NCBI GenBank assembly: GCA_032128115.1
Contig: JAQBHB010000060.1
Coordinates: 1 to 46,913, forward strand
DNA: 46,913 nt
Origin: Deltaproteobacteria bacterium
GTDB taxonomy: Bacteria; Myxococcota_A; UBA9160; SMWR01
Direction: 5' to 3'
The notes beneath the pieces are model-generated. The model was not told the DNA's origin and did not search any database. It saw nothing but the letters and a program-made list of their open reading frames with translations. Shown here piece by piece: positions 12,618-20,887 of the stretch. Each line of letters starts with the position of its first letter. Within the stretch, counting starts at the first letter, position 1. Both the position numbers and the translations under genes were made by a program.

Positions 12618-13763
12618 GTGGAGTGCGTGGAGCTTCTCGAGGGTGTGGCGGGGCTTCCGCGCGAGGCGTGGAACGACCTGGTGGGCGACGAATCGCCCTT
12701 CCTGGAATGGGACTGGCTGGCTTCCCTGGAGGAGGCGGGAACCGTGGGCCCGGGCACGGGCTGGCTCGCACGCCCCCTGGTGATTCGGGAGGGCGAGCGC
12801 CTGCTGGCGGCCTGCCCGCTCTACGTGAAGACCCACAGCGAGGGCGAGTTCGTCTTCGACTGGGGCTGGGCCGACGCCGCCCAGCGGGCCGGGATCCGCT
12901 ACTACCCGAAGCTGTTGGTGGGGGTGCCCTTCACGCCGGTAACGGGCGCGCGCTTCCTGGTGGCGAAGGGCGAGGATCGCGAGGTCTGGATCCCGCGCCT
13001 GGCCGCCGCCCTGCTCGAGGCGTGCCGGGGAAGCAACCTTTCCGGCGTTCACGTGAATTTCTGCCGCGAGCCCGAGACCCTGCCCCTGACCGACAGCGAC
13101 TTCCTGCTGCGCGTGGGCTTCCAGTACCACTGGACCAACCCTGGCTACCGCGACTTCGACGACTATCTGAACGAGTTCCGCAGCAAACGCCGCAACCAGA
13201 TCCGCCGCGAGCGCCGCGAGATGGAAACCGCCGGCATCGAGATCCGCTGCGTGACTGGAGACGAGATCGACGATGATCTGTTCACCCCCATGTACGATTG
13301 TTACCTGGCCACCATCCAGAACCACTACTGGGGCCGCCAGTACCTGAACCCGCGCTTCTTCTCACTGCTGGCCGAGCGCTTCCGCCGCCGCCTGTGTTTC
13401 GCCGTGGCTCGGCGCGACGGGGAGGTGATCGGAGGAACCACCAACGTGATCAAGGGCGACACCTTCTACGGGCGCTACTGGGGAGCCCTGCAGCCCCAGC
13501 GTTTTCTGCACTTCAACGTGTGCTACTACGCGGCCATCGAGCACTGCATCCGGGCCGGCCTGCGCCGCTTCGAACCCGGCGCCGGTGGCGACTACAAATA
13601 CCTGCGTGGCTTCGACGCCCATCCGACCTACAGCCTGCACTTTCTGGCCGAGCCCCGGCTGGCCGACGCGGTCGAGAGTTTCCTGGATGCGGAGCGGTCC
13701 GAGGCAGCCAGCGTGATCGAACGCCTGCGCGATCAGAGCCCGAGGAAGAGCACGCGGCGTTAG
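12618..13763 (+). CDS. FemAB-like GNAT-fold protein (COG3146/DUF482 type)
   Basis: PLYVKTHSEGEFVFDWGWA, YYPKL..VPFTPVTG, YGRYWG, LHFNVCYY, FEPGAGG. Confidence 0.9.
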   Translation: MECVELLEGVAGLPREAWNDLVGDESPFLEWDWLASLEEAGTVGPGTGWLARPLVIREGERLLAACPLYVKTHSEGEFVFDWGWADAAQRAGIRYYPKLLVGVPFTPVTGARFLVAKGEDREVWIPRLAAALLEACRGSNLSGVHVNFCREPETLPLTDSDFLLRVGFQYHWTNPGYRDFDDYLNEFRSKRRNQIRRERREMETAGIEIRCVTGDEIDDDLFTPMYDCYLATIQNHYWGRQYLNPRFFSLLAERFRRRLCFAVARRDGEVIGGTTNVIKGDTFYGRYWGALQPQRFLHFNVCYYAAIEHCIRAGLRRFEPGAGGDYKYLRGFDAHPTYSLHFLAEPRLADAVESFLDAERSEAASVIERLRDQSPRKSTRR

Positions 13764-13820
13764 TTTCCTGAACTGCGCTCGCCCGCGGCATCTCAGGATC
13801 AACGCCGCATGGGGGGACCG

Positions 13821-14621
13821 ATGCACGCCACCGGCAAGCTCGCTCTGTTGGGAGCCGTGGTTCTATCGAGCTCCGTGGGCGCGGCGGGGGCGGAGCCGCT
13901 GGACTCCGGCCTCTACGCCTCGCTTCTCTCCCGTTACACCCGGGAAGTGTCCGACGCCGCGCGCGTACGCGTGGACTATCGCGGCCTGACCCGCTCGCCC
14001 GACTGGGAGCGCCTGATCGAGAACCTGGAGCGCAGCGACCCCTCGCAGCGGCCGGGACGCGATGCCCAGCTCGCCTACTGGATCAACGCCTACAACATCC
14101 TGGCCATCCAGACCGTGGTGCGGAACTACCCGGTGGAGAGCATTCGCGATGTGGGCTCGTTCCTGAAGCCAGTCTGGAAGCGCGGCGCGGGCACCCTGTC
14201 GGGCCGGGTGGTGAGCCTCCACGAGGTGGAGCACGAAATCCTGCGCCCCATGGGCGACCCGCGCATCCACGCGGCCATCGTGTGTGCGTCGACGTCATGC
14301 CCCAGCCTGCGACGGGAGCCCTATTCCGCCGACCGGATCCAGGCCCAACTCGACGATGCCCTCGGCCGCTGGCTCGTGGATCGCGACAAGGGGCTGCGTA
14401 TCGATCGTTCCAGAAACACGATCTACCTGAGCAGGATCTTCGACTGGTTCGAGGAGGACTTCGAGCCCGGGGGCGGCGTCCTTGCCTACCTCGCTCCCCG
14501 CATGGACGCGGCCGACCGTCGCTGGTGGCAGGCCCACGGCGAGGCCGCCGACGTGGAGTTCATGCCATACGACTGGCGGCTCAACGATCTGGCCATCGCT
14601 CCGTCGGGTGCACGTCGATAG
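13821..14621 (+). CDS. Secreted DUF547 domain protein
   Basis: Signal peptide, VDY, LAYWINAYN, EHEILR, DPRIHAAIVCASTSCP, LSRIFDWFEEDF, YDWRLN. Confidence 0.9.
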   Translation: MHATGKLALLGAVVLSSSVGAAGAEPLDSGLYASLLSRYTREVSDAARVRVDYRGLTRSPDWERLIENLERSDPSQRPGRDAQLAYWINAYNILAIQTVVRNYPVESIRDVGSFLKPVWKRGAGTLSGRVVSLHEVEHEILRPMGDPRIHAAIVCASTSCPSLRREPYSADRIQAQLDDALGRWLVDRDKGLRIDRSRNTIYLSRIFDWFEEDFEPGGGVLAYLAPRMDAADRRWWQAHGEAADVEFMPYDWRLNDLAIAPSGARR

Positions 14622-14694
14622 ATCCGGACCCCGCAACGTTGCGATGACAACCTTGCCGAATGCGCCTCAGTTCTCCGAACCCGCATTCGCGCGC

Positions 14695-16239
14695 TCAGTC
14701 GCGAACGCGCCATAAGGTCGCGCTGCCTGTGCTTTGGCCGGATCCGTATCGATCGCGGAGATAATCCCTGATCGATTCGTTCCGGATCCCGGTAGCTATG
14801 AAGACAGTGTTGACATCGTATTTGTCGATGATGGCTTCCACAGCCGAATTCCTTCTCTCACGACGCAACGCAAATTCCAGGCTTACGACGGGGCGGTCGA
14901 GGTACACCATGTAATGGTGGCCGATCAGGGTGGCGAGCCTCGTATCCGGCGTGATCCAGGGCGTCAGATCATTCTCGACCTGTACGAATTCGTCATGCGC
15001 CTTCCGGATTTCTTCCCAGCGAGCTCGGGGCTCGAAATCGACGCCGATTGCAACCAGCAGGAGCACGGCGACGAGAACCTGACTTCGCTGCAATCCGATC
15101 CATCTGGTTCCGAAGTCCCGCAAAACCTCTGCCGCTCCGCAGAACAGCAACGCGTACACAGGAAGAAGGAGTCGGTCAGCGAAACCAAAATAGATGCTCA
15201 TCACACCCAACGAAACAACTGAAAAGAACTCTGCCGGGCTTCGGTATCGGCGCAGCAGGACCAGAAGACAGAACAGGAAAAACAGCGAGATTGCCCCGTG
15301 AACGGGCTCCAAGCCGTATTCGGGCGCGTTCACTCCCTGCACGCGACTCTTCAACCGGCTGCCCGCAACTTCGGCCATCTGCCGCGCCCGAGTGGGAATC
15401 CGAGCGAGGATCTCAATCGGACCCTGTTTCGCCGAATCGGGATCACCCACATTGGTGTGCCACATTGCGGTGGAGTAGGAGTACAGGGAGAACTGGTCCG
15501 CTGGCGGAAGCGCGATGCTTTGCCGATTTCGAATCGACCAGGGCATCAGCAGCAACACCGCCACGAGCGAGAAAGGAACCAGGCGCTTCGCGAAAAAACG
15601 CCCCCAGCCTGCTCGCTCCTCGTGCGAAGCCCCCCGATTCAGGATGCGCGCTAGCGCGATGGCCGGTGCGAGAAGGATGAAGATCGAGCGAAGGTACGCG
15701 GACAAACCCACGCAGACTCCGAGAACCAGCTCACGCTTCCAGGAGGCGCGGCAGGTTGCCCAGCGCTCCACGAGAAGACACAGCATGAACGCAGCAAAAC
15801 CAGGGATGTCCGACATGACGACATTGCAGAAGCGTTGATAGCCGGGATTGAGCCAGAGCGCGGCACAACACAGAAGGGCGAGGCCTCCCCCCAGTCGCGG
15901 ACGCTGGTAGAGGTACAAGAAGGCCAGTGCCAGGATCCCGAATGAGCCCATGAATAGATTGAGGACGTGGAAGTCGGTACCCCAGATTGCGAGTACCGGA
16001 GCTATCAGCACGGGGAAGCCGGGCGGGCGCACGCTAAACGGGATGCCGAGATAACTGTACCCGTCACCGGCCAGCAACGAACGTGAAAGCCCGATGTAGA
16101 TCGAGCCGTCTCGCAGGGGATCGTACCAGGGCAGCGCCATCACGGTCAGACTTGCAAGCATGGCCAGGAGGGAAAGCAGTGCTGCAAGTCGCTCGACGTT
16201 TGTCCAGGCAGGCGAGCCAGCCGAGTAGCTCAGAGCCAT
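14695..16239 (-). CDS. ArnT/PMT-like (GT-C) membrane glycosyltransferase
   Basis: DGSIYIGLSRSLLAGDGY, RPPGFP, VMSD, multiple TM helices, DRLLLP. Start trimmed to MALSYS. Lower GC than its flanks. Confidence 0.78.
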   Translation of the reverse strand: MALSYSAGSPAWTNVERLAALLSLLAMLASLTVMALPWYDPLRDGSIYIGLSRSLLAGDGYSYLGIPFSVRPPGFPVLIAPVLAIWGTDFHVLNLFMGSFGILALAFLYLYQRPRLGGGLALLCCAALWLNPGYQRFCNVVMSDIPGFAAFMLCLLVERWATCRASWKRELVLGVCVGLSAYLRSIFILLAPAIALARILNRGASHEERAGWGRFFAKRLVPFSLVAVLLLMPWSIRNRQSIALPPADQFSLYSYSTAMWHTNVGDPDSAKQGPIEILARIPTRARQMAEVAGSRLKSRVQGVNAPEYGLEPVHGAISLFFLFCLLVLLRRYRSPAEFFSVVSLGVMSIYFGFADRLLLPVYALLFCGAAEVLRDFGTRWIGLQRSQVLVAVLLLVAIGVDFEPRARWEEIRKAHDEFVQVENDLTPWITPDTRLATLIGHHYMVYLDRPVVSLEFALRRERRNSAVEAIIDKYDVNTVFIATGIRNESIRDYLRDRYGSGQSTGSATLWRVRD

Positions 16240-16309
16240 GCCCAAATCTAGCAGGGATCGCCTGTAGCTGCGCTTTCGGTTGACCCTACGACGATGTTCT
16301 CCCATCCTG

Positions 16310-16349
16310 CTTGTGGGATGGAGGTCGACTTGTTGGATGGAGGTCGACT
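16310..16349. repeat. 19-bp tandem duplication TTGT(G/T)GGATGGAGGTCGAC between divergent genes
   Basis: Copies at 16311-16329 and 16330-16348 with one mismatch. Confidence 0.85.
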
Positions 16350-16364
16350 CCAGCCGCGGAGACA

Positions 16365-17768
16365 ATGAAAACGATGCTACTGGGCAATTCGAGATGTGTG
16401 CGGCGGAAACTGCACTGGCGACCTGGGGTCCCGGTTTCGGCGCTTACAGCTCTCGTGGCCCTCACCACCGTCTTGTGGAGCTGCAGCGCGAGTCATGAGC
16501 CCGGCGTGCGTTTGGTGTTGATAACGATCGACACCCTCCGCTACGACAGCTTCGAGGGAAACGAAAATCTGGATTCGCGGATGCCTCTTCTCCACGAGCG
16601 ATCCATGAGCGGATCGAGGTTCGCGCGCTTCTACTCTTCGAGTTCCGTGACTCAACCGGCCCATGCTTCGATGTTTACCGGCCTGCAACCCTGGGAACAC
16701 GGCGTCACTCGAAACGGTCAGGTGTTGAACGAGGCGAACGCTACAGTCGCTGAATACCTCCAGGAAGCGGGCTTCGAAACCCATGCGGTCGTGGCCTCTT
16801 TCCCTCTCGCCGCCCGCTTCGGCTACTCGCAGGGTTTCGACGAATTCCACGCCGAATTCGACCGGTCCAAGGCAACCGTCAGGCCCTGGGAAGGAGAGTG
16901 GTCCGTACCCGATCGGAAATTCTATGCGATTGCAGATTCCGTCACGAGGCTGGCCATTGCCGCTCTGGAAACGGCGCGAGGAAGGCGGCAATTCTTTTGG
17001 TTCCACTATTTTGATCCTCATAGTCCCTACGGCGAATCTCGCGGGGGAGGGCTCGACAGGAAGGCGATTCTCGCGCAGATCGCGCTGGGCAAAGAGAGTC
17101 CAGAGGAAGTGCTTCGCAACGCGCAGAAGCTCTATGACATGGATCTCGATTTCCTCGATCGATCGCTGGAGCAATTGTTTCAGCGGTTCGAGAAAGACGA
17201 AGATGAGTTCGAGACGCACGTCCTGGTAGTCTCGGATCACGGTGAGAGCTTTGGGGAGGCGGGCGCGCTCGGGCACGGTTCCCGACTGACTCCGGAACAG
17301 ATTCACGTTCCCGCATTCATCCTTTCCCCGAGGCTCGAGCCGGGATTGCGCATGGGTATCGCCAGTTCAGTGGACGTCCTGCCCACTCTTCTGGCACTCG
17401 CAGGAGTCGCCGATGCAAGGGAGGAGCCACGCGGCAGGAACCTCGCCGATCTTGATACTCCACCGCGTGCCGTCTTCGGCATGAGACGGACCTATCTGCA
17501 GGAGTCATGGCGCGAAACACGCATCGACGGCCAGTCCTACGAGTTGAAACCGTACTGGTTCTACGCCCTCGATCGAGAGAACCAACTGTTTCGCGGCAAT
17601 CGGGAGGGCATCGTTGGGCCCGCTGGAGGATCGGAACTCGGAACGCTTTCCGACATCGCGGCTCTCTTTGCTGGTTTCGAAGAGCGGTATTCTGCTGAGT
17701 ATGGAACGGAGGCCGCGATGGATTCCGAGACCAGACAAGCCCTCGAAGCTCTCGGCTATGCGCCGTGA
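16365..17768 (+). CDS. Sulfatase-like hydrolase (alkaline phosphatase superfamily), probable lipoprotein
   Basis: LITIDTLR, TQPAHASMFTG (Thr where formylglycine sulfatases have Cys/Ser), WFHYFDPH, VSDHGE, VDVLPT, C-terminal LEALGY; lipobox-like LWSC. Start uncertain. Confidence 0.85.
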   Translation: MKTMLLGNSRCVRRKLHWRPGVPVSALTALVALTTVLWSCSASHEPGVRLVLITIDTLRYDSFEGNENLDSRMPLLHERSMSGSRFARFYSSSSVTQPAHASMFTGLQPWEHGVTRNGQVLNEANATVAEYLQEAGFETHAVVASFPLAARFGYSQGFDEFHAEFDRSKATVRPWEGEWSVPDRKFYAIADSVTRLAIAALETARGRRQFFWFHYFDPHSPYGESRGGGLDRKAILAQIALGKESPEEVLRNAQKLYDMDLDFLDRSLEQLFQRFEKDEDEFETHVLVVSDHGESFGEAGALGHGSRLTPEQIHVPAFILSPRLEPGLRMGIASSVDVLPTLLALAGVADAREEPRGRNLADLDTPPRAVFGMRRTYLQESWRETRIDGQSYELKPYWFYALDRENQLFRGNREGIVGPAGGSELGTLSDIAALFAGFEERYSAEYGTEAAMDSETRQALEALGYAP

Positions 17769-17797
17769 AGAAGACGGGTTCACGGAGTGGGTTGGGA

Positions 17798-18565
17798 ATG
17801 TCCACAAGACCTGCCGATACGTGGCTGGCCGGAAGCCGGATCGTGGTCACGGGCGCCGCCTCGGGAATCGGGCGCGCCACCGCGTTGGCGCTGGCCTGCG
17901 CCGGCGCCCGGGTGTTCGTGGCCGACGTGGACGAGAGAGGCGGTGCCGACACCGTGGCCGCCGTGCGCGAATCCGGTGGCCAGGCCGAGTTCGACGCCTT
18001 CGACCTCACCGACGACGATTCGATCCGGTCCCTGGCCGATCGTGTGCTGGGTCGGGCGGGTGCCCCCCAGGCCCTGGTGAACGCGGCGGGCTGGGATCGG
18101 GTGGAGCCCTTCCTGGACAATACCGCGGAGTTCATGGACCGGGTCGTGCGGCTCAACCTGCTGGGAACCGCCAAGGTGAGTCAGGCCTTCCTGCCCGCCA
18201 TGATCGAAGCCGGCAGCGGCCGCATCGTCAACGTGGCCAGCGACGCGGGTCGGGTGGGAAGCAGCGGCGAAACCCTGTACGCCGCGGCCAAGGGCGGCGT
18301 CATCGCGTTCACGAAGAGTCTGGCGCGCGAGATGGCGCGCCACCGGATCCCCGTCAACTGTGTATGCCCGGGCCCCACGGATACGCCGCTGTTCCGCACG
18401 CTGCCCGAAAAGCTGCAACAGTCCCTCGCCCGAGCGATCCCGTTCGGGCGACTCGCCCGGCCCGAGGAGATCGCGGACGCGATCCTGTTCTTCGTCAGCT
18501 CCCGCGCGGACTTCATCACGGGACAGGTCCTGAGCGTGAGCGGCGGACTCACCATGGCGGGCTGA
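17798..18565 (+). CDS. SDR dehydrogenase, BadH-like (2-hydroxycyclohexanecarboxyl-CoA dehydrogenase family)
   Basis: TGAASGIG, NAAGWD, ASDAGRVGSSGE..YAAAK, CPGPTDTPL, terminal LSVSGGLTM typical of BadH-like SDRs. Confidence 0.85.
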   Translation: MSTRPADTWLAGSRIVVTGAASGIGRATALALACAGARVFVADVDERGGADTVAAVRESGGQAEFDAFDLTDDDSIRSLADRVLGRAGAPQALVNAAGWDRVEPFLDNTAEFMDRVVRLNLLGTAKVSQAFLPAMIEAGSGRIVNVASDAGRVGSSGETLYAAAKGGVIAFTKSLAREMARHRIPVNCVCPGPTDTPLFRTLPEKLQQSLARAIPFGRLARPEEIADAILFFVSSRADFITGQVLSVSGGLTMAG

Positions 18566-18581
18566 GCCCGCCGGAGGATCC

Positions 18582-19367
18582 ATGCCCTACCAGGACATTC
18601 GCTACGAAGTCCACGAAGCCACGGCCGTGGTCAGCATCGATCGCCCGGATCGCCTGAACGCCTTTCGCGGCCGCACCATCGACGAGCTGATCCAGGCCTT
18701 CAAGCGCGCCTGGGCCGACCGCGGCGTGGCCTGCGCGATCCTGACAGGCACCGGCGATCGCGCCTTCTGCGCCGGCGGCGACCAGAAGGAGTACGTGGAG
18801 ACCGGAAGCTATGGGACCAGCGCAAACGGGCTCTGGGAGGTGGAAGCGCTGCACCACACCCTGCGCGAGATCCCGAAACCCGTGATTGCCGCGGTCAACG
18901 GGCTCGCCATCGGGGGCGGACACGTGCTGCAGGTGATCTGCGACGTGAGCATTGCCGCCGAGCACGCGCGCTTCGGTCAGGCGGGCCCCCGGGTCGGCTC
19001 GTTCGATGCTGGCTACGGCACCGCGTATCTCTCGCGGGTGGTGGGCGAGAAGCGGGCCCGCGAGATCTGGTTCTTCTGCCGTCAGTACGACGCCGCCCAG
19101 GCGCTGGCGTGGGGGCTGGTGAACAAGGTGGTGGCGGCAGATCTGCTGCTGGACGAGGCGCTGGCGTGGGGGCGCGAGGTAGCGGCGCTGTCGCCTACGG
19201 CGCTCGCGTTCCTGAAGTCTTCGTTCAATGCGGACACGGCCCATCTGGGGGGGCAGGGGCGGATCGCGTTCATGGGCCTCGAGGCGTTTGGGAAGTCGGA
19301 CGAAGCGGACGAAGGGCGGCGGGCGTTCGTCGAGAAGCGGGCGGCGGATTTTTCGAAGTTTCGTTAG
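18582..19367 (+). CDS. Crotonase-fold MenB/BadI family enzyme
   Basis: AFCAGGDQ, AIGGGHVL, FGQAGPRVGSFDAGYG, GEKRAREIW; follows the BadH-like SDR. Confidence 0.88.
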   Translation: MPYQDIRYEVHEATAVVSIDRPDRLNAFRGRTIDELIQAFKRAWADRGVACAILTGTGDRAFCAGGDQKEYVETGSYGTSANGLWEVEALHHTLREIPKPVIAAVNGLAIGGGHVLQVICDVSIAAEHARFGQAGPRVGSFDAGYGTAYLSRVVGEKRAREIWFFCRQYDAAQALAWGLVNKVVAADLLLDEALAWGREVAALSPTALAFLKSSFNADTAHLGGQGRIAFMGLEAFGKSDEADEGRRAFVEKRAADFSKFR

Positions 19368-19375
19368 GCGCGGGG

Positions 19376-20728
19376 CTAGCGGGTTTTTCCTCGCAGGGTG
19401 ACGAATTCTTCTGCTGAAGTGGGGTGGATGCCTACGGTGGCGTCGAAGTGGGATTTGGTGGCGCCGGCCTTGAGGGCGACGGCGAAGCCCTGGATGATCT
19501 CGCCGGCTTCCGGGCCCAGCATGTGCACGCCCACCACGCGGTCCGTGTTCGGGTCGACCACGAGTTTCATGTGCGTTTCCTCGTCGCTGCCCGTCATTGT
19601 GTGTTTGAGCGGCCGGAATCGCGTGAAGTAGACGTCCACCCGGCCGAACACCTCCCGGGCGCGCTCCTCGGTCAGGCCCACGGTGCCCAGCGGCGGTTGG
19701 CTGAAGACCGCTGACGGCACGTTCTCGTGATCGGGCGCAGTGGGTAACCCGCCGAACAGTGTGGCGGCCAGGGCCATGCCCTCTCGAATCGCCACAGGCG
19801 TCAGGTTGATGCGATCGGTCACGTCGCCGATCGCCCAGATGTGGGGAACCGACGAGCGCGAGTAGGCATCCACCCCGATTGCACCCTTCTCGTCCAGATC
19901 GACTCCGGCCTCCTCGAGTCCCAGGTCGGCGGTGAGGGGCCGCCGGCCCGTGGCGTAGAGGATTCCGTCGGCCGTGTGCAGCGTGCCGTCTTCCAGGCTG
20001 GCGCGCAGCCCGTCATCGCCGCGATCGATACGGACCACGTTGGCGTCGAACCGCAGGTCGATGGACTTCTTGCGCATCTCCTCGGCCAGCCCGTTGCGGA
20101 GGTCGTCGTCGAAGCCGCGCAGGAACAGGGGCCCCCGGTAGAGCTGCGTCACCCGGGCCCCCAGGCCGTGGAAGATGCCCGCGAACTCCACGGCGATGTA
20201 GCCGCCGCCCACGATCAGGACCCGTTCGGGCCGCTCCTTCAGGTGGAAGGCCTCGTTGGATGTGAACGCGTGCTCGGCTCCGGGTACGTCGGGCACCGAT
20301 GGCCAGCTCCCGGTGGCCACCAGGATGTTCTCGGCCGTGAACGAGCGGCCGTCCACCGACACGGTATGGGGATCGTCGATGCGGGCACGCCCCGCCATGC
20401 GATCCACGCCCGCGGCGTCCAGCAGGTTGGCGTAGACGCCATTCAGGCGCGCGATCTCCGCGTCCTTGCGCTCGATCAGGCTGCGCCAGTCGTGACGTCG
20501 CTCGCCCACGCTCCAGCCGAATCCGCGGGCGTGTTCGAAGTCGTCCCGGAAGTGGGAGGCGTAGAACAGCAGCTTCTTGGGAATGCAGCCCAGATTGACA
20601 CAGGTGCCCCCCAGCTCGCGCTCCTCGGCCACCGCCACCCGGGCCCCGTAGCCCGCCGACACACGGCTGGCCCGAACGCCCCCCGAGCCCGCGCCGAGGG
20701 TGAACAGGTCGTAGTCGTAACGCGGCAT
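19376..20728 (-). CDS. gor: Glutathione-disulfide reductase
   Basis: GAGSGGVRA, GGTCVNLGCIPKK, GGGYIAVEFA, LYRG..LRGFD, NLTPVA, GIHPTSAEEF. Confidence 0.95.
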   Translation of the reverse strand: MPRYDYDLFTLGAGSGGVRASRVSAGYGARVAVAEERELGGTCVNLGCIPKKLLFYASHFRDDFEHARGFGWSVGERRHDWRSLIERKDAEIARLNGVYANLLDAAGVDRMAGRARIDDPHTVSVDGRSFTAENILVATGSWPSVPDVPGAEHAFTSNEAFHLKERPERVLIVGGGYIAVEFAGIFHGLGARVTQLYRGPLFLRGFDDDLRNGLAEEMRKKSIDLRFDANVVRIDRGDDGLRASLEDGTLHTADGILYATGRRPLTADLGLEEAGVDLDEKGAIGVDAYSRSSVPHIWAIGDVTDRINLTPVAIREGMALAATLFGGLPTAPDHENVPSAVFSQPPLGTVGLTEERAREVFGRVDVYFTRFRPLKHTMTGSDEETHMKLVVDPNTDRVVGVHMLGPEAGEIIQGFAVALKAGATKSHFDATVGIHPTSAEEFVTLRGKTR

Positions 20729-20799
20729 TCTGCTTGGCTGCTCCGCTGGGCTCGGGATCTGTATCATGATGCCCAAGCGCGCGTCGCGTTACACGCCCG

Positions 20800-20827
20800 G
20801 TTCGGACGATTCGGACGGTTCGGTCGC
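20800..20827. repeat. Degenerate 9-bp tandem repeat (TTCGGACGA / TTCGGACGG / TTCGGTCGC) in divergent intergenic region
   Basis: Read directly from the sequence; a further TTCGGA follows near 20839. Confidence 0.6.
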
Positions 20828-20887
20828 GTTTTGGTCGGTTCGGAAATCCGGAGACCTGGAGTCACAGTTTTGACCGACCCGTCCGCC

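Noticed and set aside
14620..17800. Lower-GC block as an IS or integrative element
   Set aside because: No transposase, integrase, terminal inverted repeats or target-site duplication found.
19841..20887. N-terminal extension of the 1186-aa ORF
   Set aside because: It is antisense to gor; protein-like sequence begins near 20888.
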